Of a stretch of DNA of 37,504 nucleotides, positions 17,960 to 26,006 are shown in pieces. A program made the translations under genes and the position numbers. Under the pieces are notes generated by a model. The model was not told where the DNA came from and ran no database searches. It saw nothing but the letters and a program-made list of their open reading frames with translations. The stretch is from a virus (Duplodnaviria; Caudoviricetes). The DNA is taken from IMG/VR virus record IMGVR_UViG_3300029171_000026, positions 1-37,504 of that record, one strand, 5' to 3'. Positions within the stretch are counted from its first letter, which is position 1. Every line of letters starts with the position of its first letter.

Positions 17960-18229
17960 TCACTTCACGATCTCCGCTTCGACCTTACCGTCAATGTAGG
18001 TTATTTTTATTGTTGCAGACATACCGACGTTTTCTGTGGCTTCATTATAACTCCAGTAGTTTCTGCCAAATCCGCTATCATAAACATTAACAAAACACTC
18101 ATGCTTAACAGGCTCGACCCATGGTTCGATTAGGTCATATACACTTGTTCCTGCTGTTCCATCCTTTATGATAAAGTGGAAAAGCTTACCTTCATATGAG
18201 TTAGGATGTTCATGCCACACTCTATCCAC
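17960..18229 (-). CDS. Hypothetical protein
   Basis: ORF in leftward operon; start uncertain. Confidence 0.5.
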   Translation of the reverse strand: MDRVWHEHPNSYEGKLFHFIIKDGTAGTSVYDLIEPWVEPVKHECFVNVYDSGFGRNYWSYNEATENVGMSATIKITYIDGKVEAEIVK

Positions 18230-18246
18230 GCTGACCGCCCATATTC

Positions 18247-18495
18247 TTATTTCACGCGCTCAATGTAGTAAACGCCGTTATTTGAAATAACGTCAAACTT
18301 CTTCTTTTTGTAACGGAAAGAAACATTGCGAACGCATTTAACGTGGTTAACGTTATCAGTTTTAAGACTATCGCCAACTTTCATTGCATAAATATATGGA
18401 TACTTCCTGCGGCTTTTATTGTTGCGTGTTTTATTCGCTGCCTTGCGTGTTTTAACTTTCGGCTTAACGAAAAACGATTTAATCAAATTAAACAT
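18247..18495 (-). CDS. Small basic protein of the KYP..M.VGDS family (putative DNA-binding)
   Basis: KYPYIYAMKVGDS...KKF...GVYYIER. Confidence 0.6.
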   Translation of the reverse strand: MFNLIKSFFVKPKVKTRKAANKTRNNKSRRKYPYIYAMKVGDSLKTDNVNHVKCVRNVSFRYKKKKFDVISNNGVYYIERVK

Positions 18496-18658
18496 TGTTG
18501 ATCTCCATTGTGATGTTTTTAAGGATGTCTGCTTTAGCGATTGCTTTGTTTACCTTGTTGGTAAATTCCTGCATTTCACCGCCATGCATGAGATAATCCC
18601 TTGCATCGCATAACAGGTCTACAATCTTGAAAGCTTCGTCAATATGCGCTTGTGTCAT
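18488..18658 (-). CDS. Hypothetical protein (56 aa, not in ORF track)
   Basis: MTQAHIDEAF...; GGAG RBS. Confidence 0.5.
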   Translation of the reverse strand: MTQAHIDEAFKIVDLLCDARDYLMHGGEMQEFTNKVNKAIAKADILKNITMEINNV

Positions 18659-18659
18659 T

Positions 18660-18833
18660 TTATTGCTCCGCTTCTGTTGTGATTCTTGATTTAACTTCGC
18701 CGATAGCGTCCTGAATTAAATTAATGGCGGTGATGATTTCAAAGCTAGGCCCTGCATTTTCAAGGTGCTTAAATGCTGAATTCAAATCATCCAGTGCGTA
18801 GGTCATTAATTCAATATTAGCTTGGTTTGTCAT
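18660..18833 (-). CDS. Hypothetical protein (57 aa, not in ORF track)
   Basis: MTNQANIEL...; AACGGAG RBS after promoter. Confidence 0.55.
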   Translation of the reverse strand: MTNQANIELMTYALDDLNSAFKHLENAGPSFEIITAINLIQDAIGEVKSRITTEAEQ

Positions 18834-18851
18834 GTTGTTCTCCGTTGTTTG

Positions 18852-18888
18852 TAACTATAGTTATAAAGCAGATATAAAACACTGTAAA
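18852..18888 (-). promoter_or_regulatory. Leftward promoter with palindrome over -10/start
   Basis: TTTACA-N17-TATAAC; TAACTATAGTTA palindrome at 18852-18863. Confidence 0.6.
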
Positions 18889-18905
18889 GAACTATTTTGC
18901 ATTTT

Positions 18906-19130
18906 TTACAATATTCTTTCTACTTCAACCATCTTCTTGTTTTTGCTTACATTTACGACATGTGTGGTGTATTTTCTGCCATATCGTTTTCCCGTAAAAT
19001 GGCAAGCCAGACGGATTTTACTGTGGTCTTCGTAAGAAAACCGTTTCTTCTGGCCTAAATCCATAGATGTAAGGCCGTATTTTGAATTTGCGCGTTGTTT
19101 CATTTGATTGCCTTTATGTTCTGTTGTCAT
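18906..19130 (-). CDS. Small basic protein, same family as 18247-18495
   Basis: SKYGLTSMDLGQ...IRLAC...GKRYGRKY...VEVER. Confidence 0.6.
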   Translation of the reverse strand: MTTEHKGNQMKQRANSKYGLTSMDLGQKKRFSYEDHSKIRLACHFTGKRYGRKYTTHVVNVSKNKKMVEVERIL

Positions 19131-19477
19131 TCGGACACCTCGATCACGCCAGCGGCGATTAGGGCTTCTACTGTGATAAATTCAGGAGTGTATGTTTTCC
19201 CGCGCCGCATTGATAACATGTAATTTCCAACAATGCTGCATAACTCATCCCTCGTCCAAGTCTTCGCCGGTTTGTCGGCTCGGGTGTTCCACTGGGCGAT
19301 TGCTTTATCTAAAGAACCATCTCGTTCACCTAGCGCGTTCAATAAACCAGATCCCTTACATGAGCTATGATCTGGGCACGTGATACCTACCATAGCTGTC
19401 GTATCGCAAACGCTAATAGCCTTTGGTGTGCATCCACAAAATGGACACGGCTTTAACTCCGGCATGTTGTCGGTCAT
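19127..19477 (-). CDS. Lar (restriction alleviation)-family Zn-finger protein, copy 1
   Basis: ELKPCPFCG...C....C...AIAQWNTR. Confidence 0.7.
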   Translation of the reverse strand: MTDNMPELKPCPFCGCTPKAISVCDTTAMVGITCPDHSSCKGSGLLNALGERDGSLDKAIAQWNTRADKPAKTWTRDELCSIVGNYMLSMRRGKTYTPEFITVEALIAAGVIEVSE

Positions 19478-19501
19478 TTCTTTTCTCCATGCGGCAGGAT
19501 T
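19470..19501. repeat. 32-bp perfect inverted repeat with 30517-30548
   Basis: AATCCTGCCGCATGGAGAAAAGAAATGACCGA read on the minus strand here and the plus strand there. Confidence 0.95.
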
Positions 19502-19821
19502 CCGAGGGCTTTTTTAGCGGTGTTAGTTTTCACAAATAAAGCAGCGTTTGCTTCTCCAATGTTAGAGTTAAGTTCAAAATCGCTTTCTGTGAATTGACCG
19601 TCGTGCATCTTTAAAGTTTCATCCGCAGCGTTTATTAAACCCTCCAAAGCCCTCCGCACCTTCTCGACCTGTTCGGGGGTTAGGGTTGCGTCTCTGCGGA
19701 TGTATTCAATGCTCTCGTGCGTATCGCATGGACATGGAGTTTTATCCCATGATCCATTGTCCTGCATCCCCATCCATGCCCAAATAAGCAACGGCATTTC
19801 ATCTTGGCTATGGTCGGTCAT
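19474..19821 (-). CDS. Mosaic hypothetical protein (paralogous frame to 30155-30544)
   Basis: MTD..DEMP...DATLTPEQVEKVRRALE...ILPHGEKK. Confidence 0.7.
   Translation of the reverse strand: MTDHSQDEMPLLIWAWMGMQDNGSWDKTPCPCDTHESIEYIRRDATLTPEQVEKVRRALEGLINAADETLKMHDGQFTESDFELNSNIGEANAALFVKTNTAKKALGILPHGEKK
19643..19693. repeat. 51-bp inverted repeat (47/51) with 30361-30411
   Basis: Manual alignment. Confidence 0.9.
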
Positions 19822-19952
19822 TTTAAATATCTCCCGTATGTATAGAAATAAACTAATCTCATAATTTCAGCATGTTCACGCAGATAAACGCGACCCGACC
19901 GTCTTCCCCATTCATAGACTGGGCGTTGGTCTTTATATGGCGGAATCATCCT

Positions 19953-20546
19953 TCATTCTCCGTTTTCGTTATGCGTATGTTTGGATGGCAATGCCATCCA
20001 AGCTGTCGGTGTATTCTCATCCCACTCTTCGTCATAAAACGGGTCGCTGCATCTTCTAACTATCCATACGCCATTGTGCCATCGGATAATTTCATGCCCA
20101 TAACCATCGGTTGCTAGGAAACGCCTTCCATCCTTTGGCGCAGTCTCAATCGGTTGCCATTCCGTCCACATTTCGACCTTCTCCAACTCCGCGATGCGTT
20201 TCTGTAACCGTTCGTTTTCTTCTGTCAGGATAGCGTTTGCTTCGCGTTGGCTATCGATTGCAGAGAAGTCTTTTTCCTTGCGCTTCTCTGCTTCGTACAT
20301 TGACTGATATGAATTATCGATCTTAGCACGTGCTGCATCCAGTGTTTTGACGGCGTTTCTCTGAACAACGATTGCACATTCTAGGCGAGTTATCTCCGCC
20401 GCTTGCTGGTGGATGGTGTCGATTAGGGTTTTAATTCTGCTCATTTCCGGATTTGCATTAATGTCATCGCTTGGATCGCAAATTACGCTATTGATATATC
20501 CATTGAGCCATTCAATCGCTTCCTGCGCGTGTTTTGGGATGGTCAT
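19953..20546 (-). CDS. Coiled-coil protein with C-terminal DUF551-like domain
   Basis: WQPIETAPKDG...PTAWMALP. Confidence 0.7.
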   Translation of the reverse strand: MTIPKHAQEAIEWLNGYINSVICDPSDDINANPEMSRIKTLIDTIHQQAAEITRLECAIVVQRNAVKTLDAARAKIDNSYQSMYEAEKRKEKDFSAIDSQREANAILTEENERLQKRIAELEKVEMWTEWQPIETAPKDGRRFLATDGYGHEIIRWHNGVWIVRRCSDPFYDEEWDENTPTAWMALPSKHTHNENGE

Positions 20547-20688
20547 TCTTCACCTTCCACTTTCACAATGGCGTATCCTTTAAGTCGCAAAACTCTAAGG
20601 AACTTGATAAAAAGATCTGGAATTGTCATCGTATCAAGATCCTCGTAAGAAAACTCGTCTTCGATTATCTTTATAAGTAAACTTTGTT

Positions 20689-21441
20689 TCATAACTTCAC
20701 CTCTATTGCGAGGTGTTCTTCAAAGTCTTGTTTAAGCTTTTCTATTCTACCTACTGTTTTGCCTTGGTATGCGCCGATTTCTTTTGCGCCAATAAGCCAT
20801 TTTTCCAGCCATGCGTTTGAATAACTATTACCGCAAGCGTCCATCATTGGCGAAACAGCATCGCGCACCAGTTCTACGACTTCTTTTTTCGGCGTTGTGG
20901 CGGCGCGGATAAGGGTTTGTATATGTCGGTCGAGAGTGATGTTTTCTTTGTCGTATCTTCTAAGGTAATTGATGGCTTCTATTACATCATCGGTCACGCT
21001 GTCGGGCGCAGGACTCAAAGCATGAAGACGATCATATTTTTCTGGAGTGGTGTGACCATCCCATTTTCCTGCATATAGCGGCAGACCTTCAAATAGATAC
21101 GCATCACGGTCATGATAATGCCATGACGCTTGACCTGTCGGCAGATCGATATAAACGCAATTATGCCACGCTTCGTCCCATCCATCGATAGCAGTTTTTC
21201 CAACGCCTGACGGATATGATTTTGCCAGTGCTGCTACGACTTGATTGCGTTCTTTGTATGCAGCATCCACCGCGCTCGGCTCTGGCGCAAGAAGGGCGCG
21301 GATTGTTTCGCTATGAAAATCCAAAAGCATCGCAGATTTAAGCGCAAACGTTCCGGTATCAATTTCGCCCTCTTGATCATTCATTTTTTTCAAGCTGTCA
21401 AAAGCCTTTAATGCCGCCTTTTTCTGTTCTTCCGTGATCAT
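20689..21441 (-). CDS. Mosaic protein with central WDGH-type domain
   Basis: AYKERN...IDLPTGQASWHYH...LF...WDGHT...YDRL. Confidence 0.65.
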   Translation of the reverse strand: MITEEQKKAALKAFDSLKKMNDQEGEIDTGTFALKSAMLLDFHSETIRALLAPEPSAVDAAYKERNQVVAALAKSYPSGVGKTAIDGWDEAWHNCVYIDLPTGQASWHYHDRDAYLFEGLPLYAGKWDGHTTPEKYDRLHALSPAPDSVTDDVIEAINYLRRYDKENITLDRHIQTLIRAATTPKKEVVELVRDAVSPMMDACGNSYSNAWLEKWLIGAKEIGAYQGKTVGRIEKLKQDFEEHLAIEVKL

Positions 21442-21828
21442 TTATGCGCCCTCCAATTCAGCCAGTCGTCCGCGCAGGTTCTCTATTTCTTTTTGTCTGA
21501 CTTCTTGCTTATATTCTTCTGTGATTATCGCGTTTTCGGCGCGAAGGACTTCAAGTCCAGATTCGGCTGCGATTACAATATCGTGCAGGTTTTCTAATGT
21601 GTGTTTTGTTAAATTGTAGAATTGCGGCGGGTTGTGAAATCCGATACCTATCTCGCCTAGATGTCCACCGTTGAAATTAACTGCCCGGTAATTGCCGTCA
21701 TCAGCAAAATAACACCAGATTTTCAAGCCAGGGACTTCATAGTTCTGCGACGACCACCCATTGACTTCCCTCGAAAAATTCAGCCATTGGCCCGCGATAT
21801 GTTCGATATCTTCAAAATTACCAATCAT
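21442..21828 (-). CDS. Hypothetical protein
   Basis: GGAGG RBS before MIGNFE. Confidence 0.6.
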   Translation of the reverse strand: MIGNFEDIEHIAGQWLNFSREVNGWSSQNYEVPGLKIWCYFADDGNYRAVNFNGGHLGEIGIGFHNPPQFYNLTKHTLENLHDIVIAAESGLEVLRAENAIITEEYKQEVRQKEIENLRGRLAELEGA

Positions 21829-21829
21829 C

Positions 21830-21982
21830 TCATCCTCCAATTATCCAGCACAAGGCCAGCGTTAAATAAAATAGTACAAGTGCCTTCAGGCCATTTTTCT
21901 TTTCTCTATATCGTTCAAACGGTATAGTTGTTTTTCCCTTAAATGATTCTGGTTCTATTTGCGTTAAATCAAATTTTGTCAT
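21830..21982 (-). CDS. Small membrane-anchored protein (50 aa, not in ORF track)
   Basis: MTKFDL...ALVLFYLTLALCWIIGG; strong RBS. Confidence 0.55.
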   Translation of the reverse strand: MTKFDLTQIEPESFKGKTTIPFERYREKKNGLKALVLFYLTLALCWIIGG

Positions 21983-22008
21983 TTTCTTCTCCGTTGTTTA
22001 TATATATA

Positions 22009-22037
22009 GATTTATATCAGTTTTATATTCAAGTCAA
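22009..22037 (-). promoter_or_regulatory. Leftward promoter of early arm
   Basis: TTGACT-N17-TAAATC, followed by AAACAACGGAGAA leader. Confidence 0.5.
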
Positions 22038-22049
22038 TACTAAAACACA

Positions 22050-22478
22050 TCATTTCTTCTTTTTTCTTGATCTGGCGGTTTTTTCCAATACCGTCATAAA
22101 ATCATCCCCCTTGCACATCTTTAAAAAATACGTATTTCCGTCAATATCTCGCTTGAAATACTTGATATATTCCTGATCTGTGGGGAGTCGGGTATTATTG
22201 TACCGTACGCGCCAAATCTTGCATTTAAAGTCTGCCACGTATATGCAGCCATCTGGGATGATTACATTCCTAGGTGGGTTTACACCCCTCCAGAAGGGCT
22301 TATTTCCAACCATAATAGGCATTGGTATCTCGTTCATTCGCGCCTGTTTAACCTTATCCCAGAACTCACGTTCCCATTGATATTGGTCTTCCATTATCTG
22401 CCTTTGATGAAAAAATTCAGGTGAAGCGTTAAACTCCGGTTTTAATACCGTGTTGCCGCCGATAATAACATACATCAT
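22050..22478 (-). CDS. Hypothetical protein
   Basis: 142-aa ORF in operon. Confidence 0.6.
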   Translation of the reverse strand: MMYVIIGGNTVLKPEFNASPEFFHQRQIMEDQYQWEREFWDKVKQARMNEIPMPIMVGNKPFWRGVNPPRNVIIPDGCIYVADFKCKIWRVRYNNTRLPTDQEYIKYFKRDIDGNTYFLKMCKGDDFMTVLEKTARSRKKKK

Positions 22479-22495
22479 GTGTGGATTAAATCCTG

Positions 22496-22599
22496 AAAGT
22501 GGGTGGGCGGCTCATGTGCGTAGAAGACATTCACTATGCATAGCGGTCTTCTTGGGTGCGCCATGATTAAGTCTCTAGAAACATACCGCCCATAACTTT
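22496..22599 (-). ncRNA. Structured intergenic RNA element A
   Basis: Nested stems AAAGT/ACTTT, TGGGCGG/CCGCCCA, TCATG/CATGA, AGAAGAC/GTCTTCT. Confidence 0.55.
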
Positions 22600-22828
22600 A
22601 AATACCAATAGCAAGGCAATATTGATCTGCCATATGCTGTGTCTGCTCTAATCGCTCTCTCTTTGCCTTATCCATACGGAATAATTTCAAAGCAATCCGA
22701 ATGGCGTTGGCATCGTGTCCAGCTTCTTTCGCGCTGGAATATAAATCCCTGATCTGTACGCTAACCCCTAGTTTTTCGTCTTCAAGTGTATCGAGTTGGT
22801 CAATATAGAATTTAATAGCGTCATTCAT
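22598..22828 (-). CDS. gapR: GapR (DUF2312)-like nucleoid-associated protein
   Basis: IKFYIDQLDTLEDEK...IRDLYSSAKEAGHD...R..LK...MD...Y..A.G. Confidence 0.82.
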   Translation of the reverse strand: MNDAIKFYIDQLDTLEDEKLGVSVQIRDLYSSAKEAGHDANAIRIALKLFRMDKAKRERLEQTQHMADQYCLAIGI

Positions 22829-22846
22829 GTTTTTCCCCTTTGAATG

Positions 22847-23065
22847 TTACTCTCTATAGATCACACATTTATCCCCGTTTTTTCTTACTGCCAGTTTAAC
22901 CCCGTATGTTTTGCCGAATGAAAACGCTCTGCATTTAATCATGTTATAAGCGTTGTCAACCGTTCCACCAAATTCCGTCAGGTCATATGACTTTGACTTG
23001 TTTGGCTTGATTTTAGAAAACCCGTATTTATCTCTTAGGCTTCTAGGGCGCGGAATATTTTTCAT
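22847..23065 (-). CDS. Small basic protein, same family as 18906-19130
   Basis: DKYGFSKIKP...IKCRA..FGKTYGVKLAVR...VIYR. Confidence 0.6.
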   Translation of the reverse strand: MKNIPRPRSLRDKYGFSKIKPNKSKSYDLTEFGGTVDNAYNMIKCRAFSFGKTYGVKLAVRKNGDKCVIYRE

Positions 23066-23083
23066 TTTCTTTTCCTTGTACCG

Positions 23084-23134
23084 ATTGTAACACTTCTTAT
23101 ATTTAGGTCAATACGGTTTTAATGTTATTTTAAC
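23084..23134 (-). promoter_or_regulatory. Promoter with upstream CtrA-like box
   Basis: TTGACC-N16-TACAAT with extended TG; TTAA-N7-TTAAC at 23119-23134. Confidence 0.6.
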
Positions 23135-23455
23135 TTTTCCACCTTCAATAACCTCACCGAAGTTTATGGTTATCGGACGGAAATTCTTGTCGTCTAATTC
23201 TATCGCCTTTGCCATACCATCAAAAAGGTTTTTGCAACTGCATAGTAAATTATCGAGGTCGCGTTTTCTGTTGTCTGGTGGATGAAAAACAATATCCAAA
23301 GCGACAAGACCATTCATCTTTGGGAGTGATTTACAAACCCAGTGTGCATAGTCCCTGTAGTTGTCCCTGATCTTGCGCGTTGATCCCCAATGCTTCCCGT
23401 TTGACTTGTTCGGCATTAGCTCGCTTGGTGGCCAAGATAGCTCTACGCTGTGCAT
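23108..23455 (-). CDS. rusA: RusA-like Holliday junction resolvase
   Basis: LSWPPS..PN, FHPPDNRKRDLDNL...K..FDG...DD. Confidence 0.8.
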   Translation of the reverse strand: MHSVELSWPPSELMPNKSNGKHWGSTRKIRDNYRDYAHWVCKSLPKMNGLVALDIVFHPPDNRKRDLDNLLCSCKNLFDGMAKAIELDDKNFRPITINFGEVIEGGKVKITLKPY

Positions 23456-23570
23456 TTACCCATTTCCTTAGCTCTGCTGTTGTTATCATTACTTTGATAT
23501 CATGTGCGGCCATTTTACGGCCTTTCGTGCGTGATAGCTTATCATGAATTTTGTTAAGCGTTTTTTTCAT

Positions 23571-23984
23571 TTATTTCCCCATTGAATCCAGAAAAGCATC
23601 ATCATACGGGAGTTTAACCCCAAGCGTATGCGCGATTTGTGCTGTTGCATTTAATAACAGTGTCATTTCTTCGACTGTCATTTCTTTAGTACTTCGTCTT
23701 TCAATCATCGTATAGCGCGAAACGCCAGATTTGTTTTTTACCTCTACCGTTCTTTGCACAGGCGGCCAGAGTGATAAGACAAGCTTGTCCTTTACTTCGT
23801 CGGGTGAATAACCGGATACGTCTGCGATTAACTCTGCCCAATCGTGAAATGTGTTGTTCTGTGCCAGTGATCTGTTGCGTTTGTATTTTTTAATGACAAC
23901 TGACTGAACAGGTGACAAAGGCATGTCACGAATGAAATCTATAGCCCTGATTTTGTCCTGTGGGGTTTTAATGATGAATGTCAA
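23571..23984 (-). CDS. ninB: NinB/Orf-family recombination protein
   Basis: KRNRSLAQN..FH.W...IA; RSTKEMTVEEM. Confidence 0.75.
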   Translation of the reverse strand: MTFIIKTPQDKIRAIDFIRDMPLSPVQSVVIKKYKRNRSLAQNNTFHDWAELIADVSGYSPDEVKDKLVLSLWPPVQRTVEVKNKSGVSRYTMIERRSTKEMTVEEMTLLLNATAQIAHTLGVKLPYDDAFLDSMGK

Positions 23985-24295
23985 AACAATTCTCCGCGAT
24001 TTTTCAACATAAGGTTAATACAAGAAAAAGAATCCCCAGACAGAAGATACAAAGACTTTGACAAGTCATGCGCGGCGTAAATATCCTTATAGAACGCTTT
24101 CTCTCCGACACTGTGTTGGAAGTTGTGACACACATGGCAATAGGGTAAAGTCTTATCATCGCCCGGCTTCATCCCCATGCCACCACCACCCTTTAATCTG
24201 ATATGGCAAGCCTGTGACGGTGACGATCCACATCTAAGGCAAGGAAGCGTACGGATAAATACCAGATGCTTTGTGTCACGTATAATGGTCTTCAT
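23981..24295 (-). CDS. DUF968-like HNH/Zn-finger protein
   Basis: HL.FIRTLPCLRCG...ACH...GMGMKPGD...PYCHVCH. Confidence 0.72.
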   Translation of the reverse strand: MKTIIRDTKHLVFIRTLPCLRCGSSPSQACHIRLKGGGGMGMKPGDDKTLPYCHVCHNFQHSVGEKAFYKDIYAAHDLSKSLYLLSGDSFSCINLMLKNRGELF

Positions 24296-24423
24296 TTCTT
24301 GACCGTAAATCCAATCAGCTTTTGTTTAGGCGTGTGGATTAAGCAAATATGGTTAGCCGTGATTGCTTTTTTACATTGTCCGCATAGCTTTTGAATAGCA
24401 AAGGCGAATTTATGTTTTGTCAT
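24292..24423 (-). CDS. Small Cys-containing hypothetical protein (43 aa, not in ORF track)
   Basis: GGAGAAGAAAATG start; ATGA coupling. Confidence 0.5.
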   Translation of the reverse strand: MTKHKFAFAIQKLCGQCKKAITANHICLIHTPKQKLIGFTVKK

Positions 24424-24438
24424 TTTCTTCTCCCGTGT

Positions 24439-24813
24439 TTAAAAAATGGCCTGATATAAAACGTATGAAATGCCGATAATTACTGCCACACCGACAAATA
24501 CGCAACATGCGCCAAACAAGCCCATAAATAAAGTCTCTATGGGATTTTGGCTGTATTTATTAATGTGACCGCTTGTTAAAGCCCAAACAATAATAAACGC
24601 AATAGCCAAATATCTTGCGGCTTCTGGGTCTACATTGACTTCATCCGGCTCCATACGTTGGACACACTCGGCATATGTCTTACGGCTTTCTTTTGTTTTA
24701 ATATCAGCTTGACTTAAAACAACTGCGCACTCTGCATCACGCGCTCTAGATTCCGCTTGTGCGGCCATAGCAACGGCGGCAGATGATACGGCAATATTTG
24801 TTGATGATGTCAT
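24439..24813 (-). CDS. Two-TM membrane protein
   Basis: Hydrophobic C-terminal segments; strong RBS. Confidence 0.65.
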   Translation of the reverse strand: MTSSTNIAVSSAAVAMAAQAESRARDAECAVVLSQADIKTKESRKTYAECVQRMEPDEVNVDPEAARYLAIAFIIVWALTSGHINKYSQNPIETLFMGLFGACCVFVGVAVIIGISYVLYQAIF

Positions 24814-24825
24814 TTTCTTCTCCTT

Positions 24826-24894
24826 AAAGTGGTGGGGGATCGGCTTGATTGCCAGTTACCAAACCGAGCAACATAAACTGATCCCCCGTAACTC
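24826..24894 (-). ncRNA. Structured intergenic RNA element B
   Basis: GGGGGATC/GATCCCCC stem extended by TTGC/GCAA and CGGTT/AACTG; flanks shared with element A. Confidence 0.55.
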
Positions 24895-25153
24895 AAAACG
24901 CGATTTCATCGTCCAATGGATGTGCTTGTCCTACCGCTTCAGAATGGCCTTCAATACGCTGTCCAACTCCCGTCTGTTGCGCTGGCTTCACCGATAGACT
25001 GATAAATGTGCCGTTCTTGCCTTGTTTATTCCAGCCACTTATTTCCAGATCGATACCGTCTACGTTTAACTTGCCGGTAAAGTCCGGCTGTGTGTCTTTT
25101 TGCTTGCGGTTGTTTGTGAATAGAATTCCGCGATTTTTGTTGTCGTAAGTCAT
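24893..25153 (-). CDS. Single-stranded DNA-binding protein-like
   Basis: N.G.LF.N..K....PDFTG...ISGW...FISLSV; acidic DDEIAF tail; next to ERF. Confidence 0.7.
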   Translation of the reverse strand: MTYDNKNRGILFTNNRKQKDTQPDFTGKLNVDGIDLEISGWNKQGKNGTFISLSVKPAQQTGVGQRIEGHSEAVGQAHPLDDEIAF

Positions 25154-25164
25154 GTTATTCTCCT

Positions 25165-25824
25165 TTAGAATGGTGCGATTGATTTTTTAGCTTCGTCTTT
25201 AGCTTGCTCAAGGTCTGCCCATTGTTCAGGTGAAAACACTGGCTTTCCTTTTGCGATTTTAGTCCATACTGATTTAAGCTTTTCCAAGTCAGCACAACCG
25301 GCAATGTCTTTCAATGCCTGATCGTACATTTGAACTGCGGTTTCTTTGTCTACGTCTTTGCGGACAGAGCCACCGAGAGCGTCTGCGACTTGCTGATCCT
25401 GCACAGTTTTGCCATGTTGATTGGTTGCGTCTGCGTCTTTTGTATCGTCAATCATAAACAGGCCATTCAGGGCATATTTACGGGCGTAGGAAGATGTCGC
25501 GCCGGTTACTTGGCTTGCATCCGAACCTTTCTTTTCGTCTGGCTCACGGGCAAAAGCGTTGTTTTTAACCTCCGCGCCATTATATGTCAGTGTTGCGGTG
25601 GCTTTGATATAAAACCGACCCTCAATGAATACAATGTCATCCTCAAGGCGCAATGTCGCACCAGATGGCATAACAACCTTTACGGATTCAACAATATCTT
25701 CGCATGAGCGGTAGTTATAGTTACCGAATTTGTTGACGTTAGATTTTGGGGCTTTAAGATTGATCTGGATATGATGCAAAACATCGTAAACAGTCTTGAA
25801 CTCTGGTTTAACTTCTTTTGTCAT
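25165..25824 (-). CDS. erf: ERF-family single-strand annealing recombinase
   Basis: LKAPK..N.FG.YNYRSCEDI; GATSSYARKYALNGLF.IDD.KDAD. Confidence 0.9.
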   Translation of the reverse strand: MTKEVKPEFKTVYDVLHHIQINLKAPKSNVNKFGNYNYRSCEDIVESVKVVMPSGATLRLEDDIVFIEGRFYIKATATLTYNGAEVKNNAFAREPDEKKGSDASQVTGATSSYARKYALNGLFMIDDTKDADATNQHGKTVQDQQVADALGGSVRKDVDKETAVQMYDQALKDIAGCADLEKLKSVWTKIAKGKPVFSPEQWADLEQAKDEAKKSIAPF

Positions 25825-25842
25825 TTTCTTCTCCTTTGTTAG

Positions 25843-25905
25843 TGCGGTAATCGTTCTTCAAACCAATGGTGACGATGGAATATTTCATCCGGTTACCCTA
25901 CCGCA
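25843..25905 (-). ncRNA. Structured 5' leader of leftward operon
   Basis: TGCGGTA/TACCGCA closing stem enclosing GG-GTAA-CC, GGA..TCC and ATCGT/ACGAT stems. Confidence 0.45.
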
Positions 25906-25972
25906 AGACCTTTATTGCATACCTAAAAAAGTATTGCAATAGGTAATTTTAAAAATATTTAAATGAATGATA

Positions 25973-26001
25973 TTGACTTGTTTTTATCGCTTCGGTAATG
26001 A
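25973..26001 (+). promoter_or_regulatory. Rightward promoter of replication operon
   Basis: TTGACT-N17-TAATGA in the AT-rich divergent region. Confidence 0.5.
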
Positions 26002-26006
26002 TGGTC

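Noticed and set aside
23331-23570. 79-aa minus-strand ORF between ninB and rusA
   Set aside because: Overlaps rusA by 125 nt with no recognisable motif; the 5' part may be real, but I cannot support the call.
21977-25834. CRISPR-like array from the 16-nt repeat
   Set aside because: Spacing is irregular (0.4-2.4 kb) and each copy is an RBS plus start codon.
25949-25962. CtrA box in the divergent promoter region
   Set aside because: TTAA half-sites are 6 nt apart, not 7, in very AT-rich DNA.
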